A stretch of DNA of 64,000 nt. It comes from Octopus vulgaris (lineage: Eukaryota). A program made the translations under genes and the position numbers. How positions within the stretch are numbered: the stretch's first letter is position 1; every line of letters starts with the position of its first letter. The stretch spans positions 14,756,001 to 14,820,000 of the forward strand of contig OX597816.1 of NCBI GenBank assembly GCA_951406725.2. The letters run 5' to 3'. Positions 13,125-25,378 of this stretch are shown here, in pieces. The notes beneath the pieces were generated by a model that was not told the origin of the DNA, searched no databases, and saw only the letters and a list, made by a program, of their open reading frames with translations.

Positions 13125-13514
13125 GCCAGCACCCCCTCGTTTGGCTTCCGTGCAGGTGGCACATAAAATACACCAATCCGACCGTGGCCGTTGCCAGCCT
13201 CGCCTGGCACCTGTGCAGGTGGCACGTAAAAAGCACCCACTACACTCACGGAGTGGTTGGCGTTAGGAAGGGCATCCAGCTGTAGAAACACTGCCAGATA
13301 AGACTGGAGCCTGGTGCAGCCTTCTGGCTTTCCAGATCCCCGGTCGAACCGTCCAACCCATGCTAGCATGGAGAACGGACGTTAAACGATGATGATGATG
13401 ATGATGATGATTATTATTATTACTATTACTATTAGTCAGGTCACTGCCTGGAATTGAACTCAGAATCTTGGGGTTAGTAGCCCGCGCTCTTAACCACTAC
13501 ACCATATGCCCGTG
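13055..13514 (-). mobile_element. 3'-truncated HHR-SINE copy interrupted by an RTE 3' tail (about 13123-13410)
   Basis: tRNA head, (AAT)n and 'aataccttaggaatgagaacccagg' shared with the other copies. Confidence 0.7.
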
Positions 13515-13885
13515 ATTCCTTTAAACAAGGGCTCATACTCTTGGCAGCTTTATCAGACTGGCAGCAGGCAAGAACACAGCAACTCACATAGACACACATA
13601 CAATGGTTTTCTTTCAGATTCCGCCTACCAAATCAACTCAAAAGGGTTTGGTCAACCCAGAGCTATAGTAGAAGACACTTGCCATGCTGTGAAATGGAAC
13701 CTGAAACTATGTGGTTGGGAAACAAACTCCATACTACACAACCACACCTATTAAGAGAAAAACTGGAACAGAGCAATGAGAATCCAAACAAAAATGGATC
13801 TACTCGTTCTTAATACTCTTTACACCCCATGTATTGTTACCTGTTTGGCACAAAACAATGTACATAAGCGAATAATTTGTTTAGC

Positions 13886-14045
13886 ACATTATTTACATTT
13901 GACAGATATTTGTCCTCATCTTGTTAACACAACATTTCAGCTGATATACCCTCCAACCTTCATCAGGTGTCTTGAGAAAATTTCAAACTTGGGTTCTTAG
14001 TTCTTATTCCTAAGGTATTTTCGATGTTATTACTATTATTATTAC

Positions 14046-14088
<43 letters not shown>

Positions 14089-14163
14089 CAGATCACTGCC
14101 TGGAATTGAACTCAGAATCTTGGGGTTAGTAGCCCGCGCTCTTAACCACCACACCACATGCCC
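13886..14163 (-). mobile_element. tRNA-headed HHR-SINE copy
   Basis: Same head, (AAT)n and 3' part as 42064-42600, but without the middle segment. Confidence 0.75.
13926..13971 (-). ncRNA. Hammerhead motif (slightly decayed) within SINE
   Basis: gacac-CTGATGA-a-ggttg-gagggtatat-cagct-GAAA-tgtt-gtgtt; CpG-type substitutions in stems II and III. Confidence 0.6.
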
Positions 14164-15188
14164 TTGTTTCCTATAACTAAGGGCTCATACTTTGGTAGAT
14201 TTATTGGACTGGCAGAAGGTGGCATTGACTGCCACAATGTCTCAAAGTTCCCTTTCTTCAATGAATTGAATGTTGCGAACACACATCATCTAAAGAGCAG
14301 AGGTGTTTTCTGTTGATGCAAAAACAACAACAAACAGGTATTCACCGTTGAATCAGCTGGGACATATTAAGAATGTAAAGAAATATTATTCCTTGGATTT
14401 TTCACTGTTCTGCATGTATCCTATAAACTGTTAATCAATTTATCCTATAAATTGTTAATCAATTACATTCTGAGTTCAAATTCCACCGAGGTCGACTTTG
14501 CCTTTCATCCTTTCGGGGTCGATTAAATAAGTACCATTTACGCATTGGGGTCGATCTAATCAACTTAATCTGTTTGTCTGTCCTTGTTTGTCCCCTCTGT
14601 GTGTAGCCCCTTGTGGGCAATAAAAAAAAAGTTAATCAATTTGGCAGATGTCAGCGTGTATCAGCAATTAATTTGCTAAATTATCTCTGACCCTTTATCA
14701 TACTCCAACCCGTCACCTGGCACATGGCCATTTCTCTCGGTCCTTTTCCCTCTCTCAGCTGAAATGTCCTTGTCTTGCAAGCCACTCGATGACACTACAG
14801 GTACTGGTACCACGTAAAAAGCACCTGTGTCAGCACTACATAAAGAGGGCCACAGAAAAGAGCACTCTTGCCAGTGCCATGTTTTGTGTGCTTATGCTGG
14901 TAGCACACGAAGAGCATCCATGCTGGTGCCATGTAAGAGGGACCTGAGTCGACGTCATGTAAGAAGGACCCGTAATGGCACCACATAAGAAGCACATGTG
15001 TCAGTGCTATGTAAAGAGCACCCATGCTGACACAATGTAAGAAGCACCCAGTACACTCTGTAAAGTGGTTGATATTAGGAAGTGCATCAAGTTGCAGAAA
15101 CCATGCCAAGTCAGATTACTGGGGCTTGATGCAACTCTCCAGCTTGCCAGCACCTATCAAACCATCCAACCCATGGAAAACAGGTATT

Positions 15189-15990
15189 AAATGATGATGA
15201 TGATGACGATTCTTATAAACAAGAGATTGTGCTCTTACAAGATTCATCAGTCTGATATGGTAGCCTTAACAAGGCCAAAACACCACAGTATCCCAAAGTT
15301 CCCATATACATTGATGTTTCCATAGATGAACACACACATCAATGAAAGGAAGGAAGTGCTCTGTTGATACAAAAACCACAGTGATCAGCAAATGATGATG
15401 ATGATGACGATTCTTATAAACAAGAGATTGTGCTCTTACAAGATTCATCAGTCTGATATGGTAGCCTTAACAAGGCCAAAACACCACAGTATCCCAAAGT
15501 TCCCATATACATTGATGTTTCCATAGATGAACACACACATCAATGAAAGGAAGGAAGTGCTCTGTTGATACAAAAACCAGTGATCAGCAAATGATGATGA
15601 TGATGACGATTCTTATAAACAAGAGATTGTGCTCTTACAAGATTCATCAGTCTGATATGGTAGCCTTAACAAGGCCAAAACACCACAGTATCCCAAAGTT
15701 CCCATATACATTGATGTTTCCATAGATGAACACACACATCAATGAAAGGAAGGAAGTGCTCTGTTGATACAAAAACCACAGTGATCAGCAAATGATGATG
15801 ATGATGACGATTCTTATAAACAAGAGATTGTGCTCTTACAAGATTCATCAGTCTGATATGGTGGCCTTAACAAGGCCAAAACACCACAGTATCCCAAAGT
15901 TCCCATATACATTGATGTTTCCATAGATGAACACACACATCAATGAAAGGAAGGAAGTGCTCTGTTGATACAAAAACCACAGTGATCAGC
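15189..15990. repeat. Tandem repeat, 4 x about 201 bp, near-identical
   Basis: Units start at 15189, 15390, 15589 and 15790. Confidence 0.95.
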
Positions 15991-16020
15991 ATATTCACAT
16001 TAAAATCTGCCAGAAGGTAT

Positions 16021-16438
16021 AAAGTGGCGAGCTGGCAGAAATGTTAGCATGCCGGGTGAAATGCTTAGCGGTATTTCGTCTGCTGTTATGTTCCGAGTTC
16101 AAATTCCGCCAAGGTCGACTTTGTCTTTCATCCTTTCGGGGTCGATAAATTAAGCACCAGTTATGCACTGGGGTCGATGTAATTGACTTAATCCGTTTGT
16201 GTGTCCTTGTTTGTCCCCTCTGTGTTTAGCCCCTTGTGGGTAGTAAAGAAATAGGTATTTCGTCTGCCGTTACATCCTGAGTTCAAATTCCACCAAGGTC
16301 GACTTTTCCTTTCATCCTTTCGGGGTTCATAAATTAAGTACTAGTTACACACTGGGGGTCGATGTAATCGACTTAATCCCTTTGTCTGTCCTTGTTTATC
16401 CCCTCTGTGTTTAGTCCCTTGTGGGCAATAAAGAAATA
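16021..16438 (+). mobile_element. SINE family B with duplicated 3' half and TSD
   Basis: TSD AGAAGGTAT at 16012-16020 and 16439-16447. Other copies at about 14466, 31410(-), 39700(-), 48552, 59405(-), 60070. Confidence 0.82.
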
Positions 16439-16578
16439 AGAAGGTATTAAGATTAAATAGATACATGAATTATTAACTGTTCAGCAAACATTTGCATGCA
16501 TAAGCAAATAATTTCTTAGCTGGTTCTTATAAACAAGAGACTGCGGTCTTGTGAGGTTCATCACTCTGATCGGGGTAA

Positions 16579-16630
16579 GCTTTAACTGAGGAGACATATA
16601 ATAAGACTGAAACACTGCAGTGTCTCGAAC
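16579..16630 (+). ncRNA. Degenerate hammerhead motif in an old dispersed/tandem repeat
   Basis: CTGAGGA(16586)-16 nt-GAAA-cac-tgca-gtg-TC; stem III intact, stems I and II decayed. Confidence 0.55.
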
Positions 16631-18567
16631 TCCCTGTACACAGGTGAACCATGTGTTATGAACACGCACCATGTAAAGGCAGTGATCCGCATATTCACAT
16701 TAATATCTGCCAGAAGATATTAAGAATGGATACGTTGTTGTGATTTGGGGTCTTGCTGTTTTACATGTATCTTATGAATTGTTAATCAGTTGTGAATTCT
16801 TTAAAGTAAATATTTAATGCTGTTCAAAACAGAATATTCCGGAAGAAAATGCCAAGCAGAACTTTTATATTAAGAACAGTGAAAAAGAAAATGAACAAGG
16901 AAAAAGAAACGGTGAGCAGATTTGAAGCATTTAAAGGTTGAACCACTTTAGTATTATTCCAAGATACATTTGGTAGCTGTTTTTGAAAAGGCAAGTTATA
17001 GAAAATGGGGATACAACATAACTGTACTTTAAACGTAAACACAGACAAAAGCAAACACACACATATTTGTACATATGTGTGCCTAAGTATACATATGCAC
17101 ATACACACACATTTCTATGTATTAATGTTTTGCTTGTATGTCAAGTTTTATATAAAAGCGATTTAACATTAAACTGAAATGTTAATGGGTACGTTTTCAT
17201 GGAGGACATACTGTATTTGATGGAATAAAAGACGAAAAGATATATTAGACATCCCACTAGCCCCTAACTTCAGCAACACACATTTTGGGAAGTAAAAAGG
17301 TTTTAGTGCATTCAAGGGTCGAACCAAATATTCGAAATCAAACCAAATTCGACGACTAGCACCCATGCCAACCTCCCTTCATTGGGCACTAAACTCTGCT
17401 TGCAAAGATCTGTTAGGCAAGTGAAATCAAAATTGAACCAAATTCGATGACTGGCACCCATGCCAGTGGAGTGCTAACAGCTCCATTTGAGCGGGATCAC
17501 TGCCACAGCAGCTGTCTGGTTTCCATGCCGGTGACACGTAAAAAGCACCATTTGAGTGTGATCGTTACCAGTGTCGCCTTACTGGCACTTATGCTGGTGG
17601 CACATGAACAAGACATTCGAGCGAGGTCGTTACCAGTGCCACTGGACTGACTCCTGTGCAGGTGGCACGTAAAAAGCACCATTTCAAGTGTGGCCGTTGC
17701 CAGTGCCGCCAGACTGGCCCTCGCGCCGGTGGCACGTAAAAGCACCCACTACATTCTCGGAGTGGTTGGCGTTAGAAAGGGCATCCAGCTGTAGAAGCTC
17801 TGCCAGATCAAATTGGAGCTTGGCGCAGCCATCTGGTTCGCCAGACCTCAGTTAAATCGTCCAACCCATGCTAGCATGAAAAGCAGACGTTAAATGATGA
17901 TGATGATGTGGCTGTACAGAAAGATGTTTGCTCATCCAACCATATGGTTCTGGGTTCTGTCCCACAGCATAGAAACCTGGGCAAGTGCCCTCAGCTATAG
18001 CCTGAGGGCCAATCATAGCCTTGTGAGTAGATTTGGGAGACAAGTTGAAAGAAGCCCATCATATATGTGTGCGTGTGTGTGTCTCTTTGCATTTGTATTT
18101 GTTCCCCAATCACTGCTTGACAACCAGTGTTGGTTTGTTTACATCCCCATAACTTGGAAGTTCAGCAAAAAGAAATCAATAGGATAAGTACCAGACTTTT
18201 AAAAAAAATAAACACTAGTGGAGGGGGAGGGTTACTTGTTCAATTAAACCCTTCAGCACAATGCTCCAGCATGGCCACAGTCTGATGACTGGAACAAGTA
18301 AAGGATAAAGGAATACACAGAACCTGATTTGATATTTTTTAAATGTTTTTTTTTTTTTTTTTTACAAAAATGCATTTTCTAAGTTATCATATACAATATT
18401 TATTAATTTTTATGAAGAAATGTTTAACAGAAGCTTTGAAATTTTGGTTTCCTCATCTTCATCAGTGATCCTGATGAAGCCAAAATTTTTAAAGTCACAT
18501 TTGGTGATGGCACTGCTGTATCATCATCATCATCATTATTATTATTAAAATGATGATGACACACATA

Positions 18568-18844
18568 CGTGTGTGAGTGTGAGTGAGAGAGAGAGAGAGT
18601 GAGAAAGAGAGGGTGTGTGAGAGAGAGAAAGAGAGTGTGCAAAAGAGTGTGTGAGTGTTTGAGAGTGTGTGTGTGTGTGTGTATGTATGAGAGACAGAGT
18701 GTGTGAGGGAGAGAAAGATAGTGAGAAAGAGTGTTTGAGAGAGAGTGTATGTGTGAGAGAGTGTATGCATGAGAGAGAGAGTGCATGCATGAGAGAGTGC
18801 ATGTGTGTGTGAGAGTGTGTGAGAAAGTGTGTGTGAGAAAGAGT

Positions 18845-18880
<36 letters not shown>

Positions 18881-19097
18881 ATGTGTGAGAAAGAGCGTGT
18901 GAGAGAGAGTGTGCATGTATGTGAGAGAGAGAAAGAAAGAGTGTGTGAGGGAGAGTGTTTGAGAGAGAGAGTGTGTGTGTATGTGTGAGACAGAGGGAGA
19001 AAGAGTGTGTGTGAGAGAGAGTGTGAGGGAGTTTGAGAGAGAGAAAGAGTGTGTGTGTGAGAGAAAGAGAGAAAGAGTGTGTGTGAGAGAGTTTTTG

Positions 19098-19131
<34 letters not shown>

Positions 19132-19140
19132 TGCATGTGC
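18568..19140. repeat. Cryptic (GA)/(GT) microsatellite
   Basis: Directly visible; it explains the H/T/L/S-rich ORFs. Confidence 0.95.
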
Positions 19141-19465
19141 ATGCAGATGTGTGTATGCATTTCTTGAAATTTGTGGTCAATGAATGTCATGGCCAGAGTT
19201 GTTGGGTTTTCCCCTCCCCCCCATTGTTGCCTCTTTTCATTATAAAACAATCACAAACATTCGTCAAGCAAAAGTGCAGCAGTCGTTATAATTAGAAAAT
19301 CCTTCTAGAGGCATAACGAAAAAAAAAAACGAAACAAAAAACTATAAATTTGAATAAGAAAAGTACTTTAGTAAAATATAATCTTCATTAAGACCAAAGT
19401 TAATTACACAAATGTTATCTTCGTTTAAGAATGATTGAAAATTATTTCAGAGCAGCAAGCTACGT

Positions 19466-20233
19466 TTTTACCTCCGCCATAGCAAAGGCGGAGGTATTGT
19501 TCTCAGTTATGTTTGTGGACCAGATATCTCAAGAACTGCTGGATGGATTCGGATGAAACTTGCAAGGATGTTTGGCCTCATGACTGGCACAAACTGATTA
19601 GATTTTGGGAACAATCCACTATCAGACAAGTATTCTGGATTATTTTTCCTTTTTTCATACTTAATTTTTGAGAGCGGTCAAGTTCATTTATAGTATTCTC
19701 GTTTGTGAGAGCTTCTTCTTCTTTATGCCTTTAACCCTCCAATGCGGAGTATAGGCCACTTATAGTTGAATTCCATGTCGCATGATTTTTGGCTTCTGTA
19801 CTTATACTCTGCCATGAATGTCCTCCTTTCTCTAGTTCCTTTTGTGTTGATCTCCGCCACGAGTTCTTATCCATCTGGATTCCACTGTAAAGCACTTTTC
19901 GTTACATTTGGTGTTTCTTTTCTAATTGTGCTACCAATCCACTTCCACTTTTTCTTAAATATTTTCTCCCTAATCAAAACAAGCCCAACCCCTCATCCTC
20001 GTCGTGAGAGGTGGAAACAGGTAAAGCTGGCCAATGGGGCTCTGGTGAAGTTGAATGGGCTAATCACCCGTGAAATGGATTTTTTTCAAATTGATTATGG
20101 AAACACTGATAGTTTGTGAGAGCAATCGAGTTTATTTCAGATATTCTCATTTTAAAAATTATCTCTAGCTAATCGTTGAGAGGATGTTGGTGTTGCCTTG
20201 GGCGGAGGTTTGCACTCTCTGAGTGATCTTGTT
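19466..20233 (+). mobile_element. Helentron-associated (HINE/DINE-like) non-autonomous element
   Basis: 5' palindromic sub-TIR acctccgcc..ggcggaggt; 3' ggcggaggt + hairpin cactc-tct-gagtg; T-rich flanks. Confidence 0.65.
19713..20111 (-). mobile_element. RTE-like LINE 3' fragment (third family), (GAA)n tail, nested in a Helentron-like element
   Basis: Minus-strand KKWKWIGSTIRK...ALQWNPDG/KNSWRR; TSD GTTTGTGAGAGC at 19701-19712 and 20112-20123. Confidence 0.78.
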
Positions 20234-20516
20234 TGATATTAAAATCAAAGTTTATTTATCTTCAAACTAAAGATTACTGGCAATCTGCATGAGAAAATTG
20301 ATGTTTACTGTAACTTTTACTAAATATTTAGGAAAAAAAAAAAAACATAAAGAATTAATATAGATGCACACATGGCTGTGTGGTAAGAAGCTTGCTTCCC
20401 AAGCAACATCTCCTAAGCAGACCGAGTGCAGATATGAGTAGCATATGGGGACCGGTATTAAGGAAGGATAGGAAAATATTAGATTTATAAGCCCTAAAAT
20501 TCACTCAATAATTGCC

Positions 20517-21006
20517 CACGGGCATATGGCGTAATGATTAAGAGCACGGGCTACTAACCCCAAGATTCCGAATTTGATTCCAAGCAGTGACCTGAATAAT
20601 AATACCTTAGGAATGAGAACCCATATTGTTGTTAATATATAACATTAAAAACAAACAAGATGAGGACAAATATCCGTCAAATCTAAATAATGTAAATCAT
20701 CATCATTTAGCATCCACTTTCCATGCTAGCATGGGTTGGACGGTTCAACTGGGGTCTGGGAAACCAGAAGGCTGCACCGGGCCCAGTCTGATCTGGCAGT
20801 GTTTCTACGGCTGGATGCCCTTCCTAATGCCAACCACTCCGTGGCTGTAGTGGGTGCTTTTTAGGTGCCACCAGCTCAGGTGCCAGACGGGGCTGGCAAA
20901 CGGCCACGGACGGATGGTGCATTTTACATGCCACCAGCACGGGGGCCAGGCGAGGCTGGCAATGGCCTAATGTACATAATTCCTCATCTCTTAAATATAG
21001 AACTAT
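20517..21006 (+). mobile_element. HHR-SINE copy (HHR segment lost) with nested RTE tail (about 20695-20967)
   Basis: tRNA head and 3' end match the 42.1-kb copy; the nested insertion is flanked by the duplication TAATGTA. Confidence 0.72.
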
Positions 21007-22069
21007 ACTCCTTCTTTGTCAGTCACAATGCTTATGTCATCGAATGTGGCATTTAAGTCCCACCAGCAATTTGCAAAGAAGGCCACAGATGCTGAAAGTA
21101 TGAGAATTACAGGTCAGTGCAGGTGATATATTTGCATCTGCTTTGCACCCCTAAACCAGTCAATGCTAGTTACAACAGGGCATTGGTCAGCCCCAAGGCT
21201 ATAGTAGAAGACATTTGCTCAGGGTGCCATGCAGTGAGACTGAACCCAGAACCTTGTGGCTGGGATGCAGGCTCCTTACTGTCATAGTGACAGCTTCTGC
21301 ATGGCAAAACTTGGAATTTTTTATTTGAGTTTTCAAATTCGTTAATTATAATTAAGAACAAATTTAATTGATTTTACAATACTCTCACAGCAGCATGGAC
21401 TAATTCTGAACAGAAATATGTACTTTTATTGTGTAATAGCAAAGGAGATTTAATAAAAATAAATTAGCGTAAATTAACAATGAAAGACTAAATTTTTAAA
21501 CTAACAAAACTAAAAGTGCAATAAATCTGTTGGCTTAAAGAGATAATGAACTGATAATGTAGATTAATGATGATAATGCAGATAAAAGTCTGGCATACGT
21601 CAACCACGAATTCAACATTTAAACAGTCAATTGCCAAATATACAATTCATCATTTTAAAATAAATGTCATCAAATAATATCATGAATAAAAGATGGCTTT
21701 TGAAACTGAAAATCCTGTAATTTATTTAAATGTATAATTGAATTCACTGACTTCATAAGCAGTAAAACTAATCAGTATTTATCATTGAGACAGGAGACAG
21801 AAAAAAACTGTCAAATGTGATTTTATTGACCTAACATACTGAAGCACGCTGCCAGATAAAGCAACGAAAATATATATATATATATATATAAATAATAAAT
21901 ATTAGGGAATAAATCCAAATTTACAGGGAAAAAATCAGATTTAGGATTAAATCCAATTTTATAGTAAAATATTAGAAAATATTATTAGAGACAAAACCAC
22001 TATTTTGCAAAACAAACAAGGAAAGACTTAATCAATACATAAAATTTTAATAAATAGTCAAAAAAACCG

Positions 22070-22112
22070 CCACTACAATTGTTTCCTGTCTTGATCGACA
22101 ATCTTCAGGTGG
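22070..22112 (-). ncRNA. Minimal type I hammerhead ribozyme (inverted copy, sense to host pre-mRNA)
   Basis: ccac-CTGAAGA-ttgtc-gatcaa-gacag-GAAA-caattg-TA^gtgg on the minus strand. Confidence 0.82.
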
Positions 22113-22146
22113 ACTTCCAATAAGTCAGTTTCAAATTATTGGAAGT

Positions 22147-22189
22147 CCACCTGAAGATTGTCGATCAAGACAAGAAACAATTGTAGTGG
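22147..22189 (+). ncRNA. Minimal type I hammerhead ribozyme (PLE-type)
   Basis: ccac-CTGAAGA-ttgtc-gatcaa-gacaa-GAAA-caattg-TA^gtgg; palindromic stem III ACAATTGT. Confidence 0.85.
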
Positions 22190-22283
22190 CGGTTTTTTTG
22201 ACTATTTATTAAAATTTTATGTATTGATTAAGTCTTTCCTTGTTTGTTTTGCAAAATAGTGGTTTTGTCTCTAATAATATTTT

Positions 22284-22346
<63 letters not shown>

Positions 22347-23309
22347 CCGGTGGCACGTAAAATACTCCAATCCGACCGTACGACAGGCACCCATGCCAAC
22401 CCACTTTGCTTGTGAAGACATGTTGGGGCAAGCGAAATCGAAATCGAATTGAACCTGCCAGAATCCCTGGTCTGGTGGTACGTAAAAAGCACTATCCGAC
22501 TCGTGGCCGATGCCAGCACCGCCTCGACTGGCTTCCGTGCCGGTGGCACATAAAATACACCAATCCGACTGTGGCCGTTGCCAGCCTCGCCTGGCACCTG
22601 TGCAGGTGGCACGTAAAAAGCACCCACTACACTCACGGAGTGGTTGGCGTTAGGAAGGGCATCCAGCTGTAGAAACATTGCCAGATTAGACTGGAGCCTG
22701 GTGCAGCCTTCTGGCTTCCCATAACCTCGGTCGAACCGTCCAACCCATGCTAGCATGGAGAACGGACGTTAAACGATGATGATGATGATGATAAATAAAT
22801 AAATTCAAATATTTAAAATAAATATATACTCTTTTTACTCTTTTACTTGTTTCAGTCATTGTGACTGCGGCCATTCTGGAGCACAGCCTTTAGTCGAGGA
22901 AATCGACCCCAGGACTTATTCTTTGTAAGCCTAGTACTTATTCTATTGGTCTCTTTTGCCAAACCGCTAAGTTATGGGGACGTAAACACATCAGCATCAG
23001 TTGTCAAGCGATGTTGGGGCAACAAACACAGACGCACAAACATATACACACACATCATCATCATCGTTTAACGTCCGCTTTCCATGCTAGCATGGGTTGG
23101 ACGGTTCAACTGGGGTCTGGGAAGCCAGGAGGCTGCACCAGGCTCCAGTCTGATCTGGCGGTGTTTCTACAGCTGGATGCCCTTCCTAACGCCAACCGCT
23201 CCATGAGTGTAGTGGGTGCTTTTTATGTGCCACCGGCACGGAAGCCAAGCAAGGCTGGCACATCCACGATTGGATGGTGTTTGTTACGTGCCACCAGCAC
23301 GGAGGCCAG

Positions 23310-23358
<49 letters not shown>

Positions 23359-23762
23359 TTATATGACGGGCTTCTTTCAGTTTCCATCTACCAAATCCAC
23401 TCACAAGGCTTTGGTCAACCTGAGGCTATAGAAGACACTTGCCCAAGGTGCGACGCAGTGGGATTGAACCCGGAACCATGTGATTGGTAAGCAAGCTACT
23501 TACCACACAGCCACTCCTGCGCCTATGATAGCAAAAGATATATGTATATATATAAATAGAAATATTTAAAATAAATATATATAAATATATATTTTATATA
23601 TATATATATATATGTATATATCTGTAAATATAATATATGACAATTATTCGGTAGCCATGATAAAACTCTGAATTTTGGATGTCAAGGCAGAAACCCACAC
23701 TGGCATGAGTTTCTGACCCCGACATCCGAAACTTGGAGTTTTATCATGGCTACAGAATAATT

Positions 23763-24852
23763 CTTACCTCTGCTGGTGACAAAAGGCCTCTCGCACAGAG
23801 TGAAAGGCAGACTGTATGATGCGTGTGTACGAACAGCCATGCTACATGGCAGTGAAACATGGGCCGTGACTGCTGAGGATATGCGTAAGCTCGCTAGAAA
23901 TGAAGCCAGTATGCTCCGATGGATGTGTAATGCCGGTACTCACACTCGGCAGAGTGTAAGTACCTTGAGAGAAAAGCTGGACCTAAGAAGCATCAGTTGT
24001 GGTGCGCAAGAGAGACGTTTGCGCTGGTATGGTCATGTGGCGAGAATGGATGAAGATAGTTGTGTGAAAAAGTGCCACACCCTAGCGGTTGAGGGAACCT
24101 GTGGAAGAGGCAGACCCAGGAAAACCTGGGACGAGGTGGTGAAGCACGACCTTCGAACTTTAGGTCTCACTGAGGAAATGACTAGAGACCGAGACCTCTG
24201 GAAGTGTGCTGTGCGCAAGAAGACCCGGCAGGACAAGTGAGTCCATAACCCGTGGCCTTCTACATGGGATGGAGCCAGCCTACGTATGCATACCTTCCCT
24301 TCTTGGGACACAAAACTCTACTTGTGAAGACGTGATGAGGCAAGTGAGGATCAGAATCGAAATCGATCAATGGAAATTGCGGATGTGCTACCAGTGCCGG
24401 TGGCATGTCAAAACTCTGCTTGTGAAGACCCGTTGAGGCAAGTGACGATCAGAATCGAAATCGATCAATGGAAATCGATCAATGGAAATTGCAGATGTGT
24501 TACCAGTGCCGGTGGCATGTAAGAGAACTTTCCGTTTCGCGACCGTTGCCAGCACCGCCCCGTTTCGTGTCCGTTGCCAGCCTCGCCTGGCCCTCGTGCC
24601 GGTGGCACATAAAAAGCACCATCCGTTCGTGGCCGTTTGCCAGCTCTGTCTGGCACCAGTGCGGGTGGCACGTAAAAAGCACCCACTACACTCACGGAGT
24701 GGTTGGCGTTAGGAAGGGCATCCAGCCGTAGAAACACTGCCAGATTTGACTGGGCCTGATGAAGCCTTCTGGCTTCACAGACCCCAGTAGAACCGTCCAA
24801 CCCATGCTAGCATGGAAAACGGACGCTAAATGATGATGATGATGATGATGAT
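23763..24852 (+). mobile_element. 5'-truncated RTE-clade LINE (ORF C-terminus + 3'UTR + (GAT)n tail)
   Basis: Open frame ...LYDACVRTAMLHGSETW...RLRWYGHVARM...GRGRPRKTW...* (23776-24240). It is followed by the 3'UTR ending 'aggaagggcatcc...cccatgctagcatgga...gatgatgat', found in many truncated copies across the window. Confidence 0.92.
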
Positions 24853-25160
24853 TATATTTACAGATAAATTTCTTCTATTTACATAATAATGAGGTCTCTT
24901 TCATTCTTGTGTTGTCTTACCATTTCTATTAATATATACATATATATATATCTCACAGACAGTGCCCAACTGACCCTACTATACTGTGTAGTCAACAAAA
25001 TCAAAAACAAACAATGCACGAAATTAAAAACATAAAATGGCGATAATTTGCCCATCGCTCCCTGTGTGTGTGTATGTATATATATATATAATTTAATTAA
25101 CATCGATTTCACACCAGTGGTCTAACATAAAAAAACTGAAGGTTCTGTAAAACTGTATTG

Positions 25161-25378
25161 TATATATATTAGAGGGAAACCAATATGTGGACACCCATAT
25201 GCTAGAAATAGATCTGTTACGGTCTCACCACCAAAAAATGTTCTCAAGAAAACTTTAGCAAAACAACCAAAACGGTTGCTAAATTTTTCTTGAGAACATT
25301 TCTTGGTGGTGAGACCGTAGCGGATCTATTTCTAGCATATGGGTGTCCACATAGTGGTTTCCCTCTAATATATATATA
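25161..25378. repeat. Fold-back element (about 100-bp inverted arms) in (TA)n
   Basis: attagagggaaacc...tttagca / tgctaaa...ggtttccctctaat with few mismatches. Confidence 0.85.

Larger units (their letters stand above)
21890..22290. mobile_element. Penelope-like pLTR remnant: fold-back (arms 21976-22123 / 22136-22283) between (TA)n tracts
   Basis: 148-bp inverted arms with one mismatch and a 12-nt loop; an HHR in each arm; the left arm has an extra extension. This resembles inverted-pLTR PLE insertions. Confidence 0.75.

Noticed and set aside
18430-18500. Short palindrome with CTGATGA...GAAAC on the minus strand
   Set aside because: No stem II pairing and no stem III/NUH site; at most a decayed relic.
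20520-20595. tRNA genes (also heads at 1804, 13436, 53768, 55050)
   Set aside because: Acceptor stems are unpaired and each continues into a SINE body; these are SINE heads.
24755-24785. CTGATGA in an RTE tail (also 4502)
   Set aside because: Point mutants of the consensus ctggtgcagc; no GAAA or stem III.
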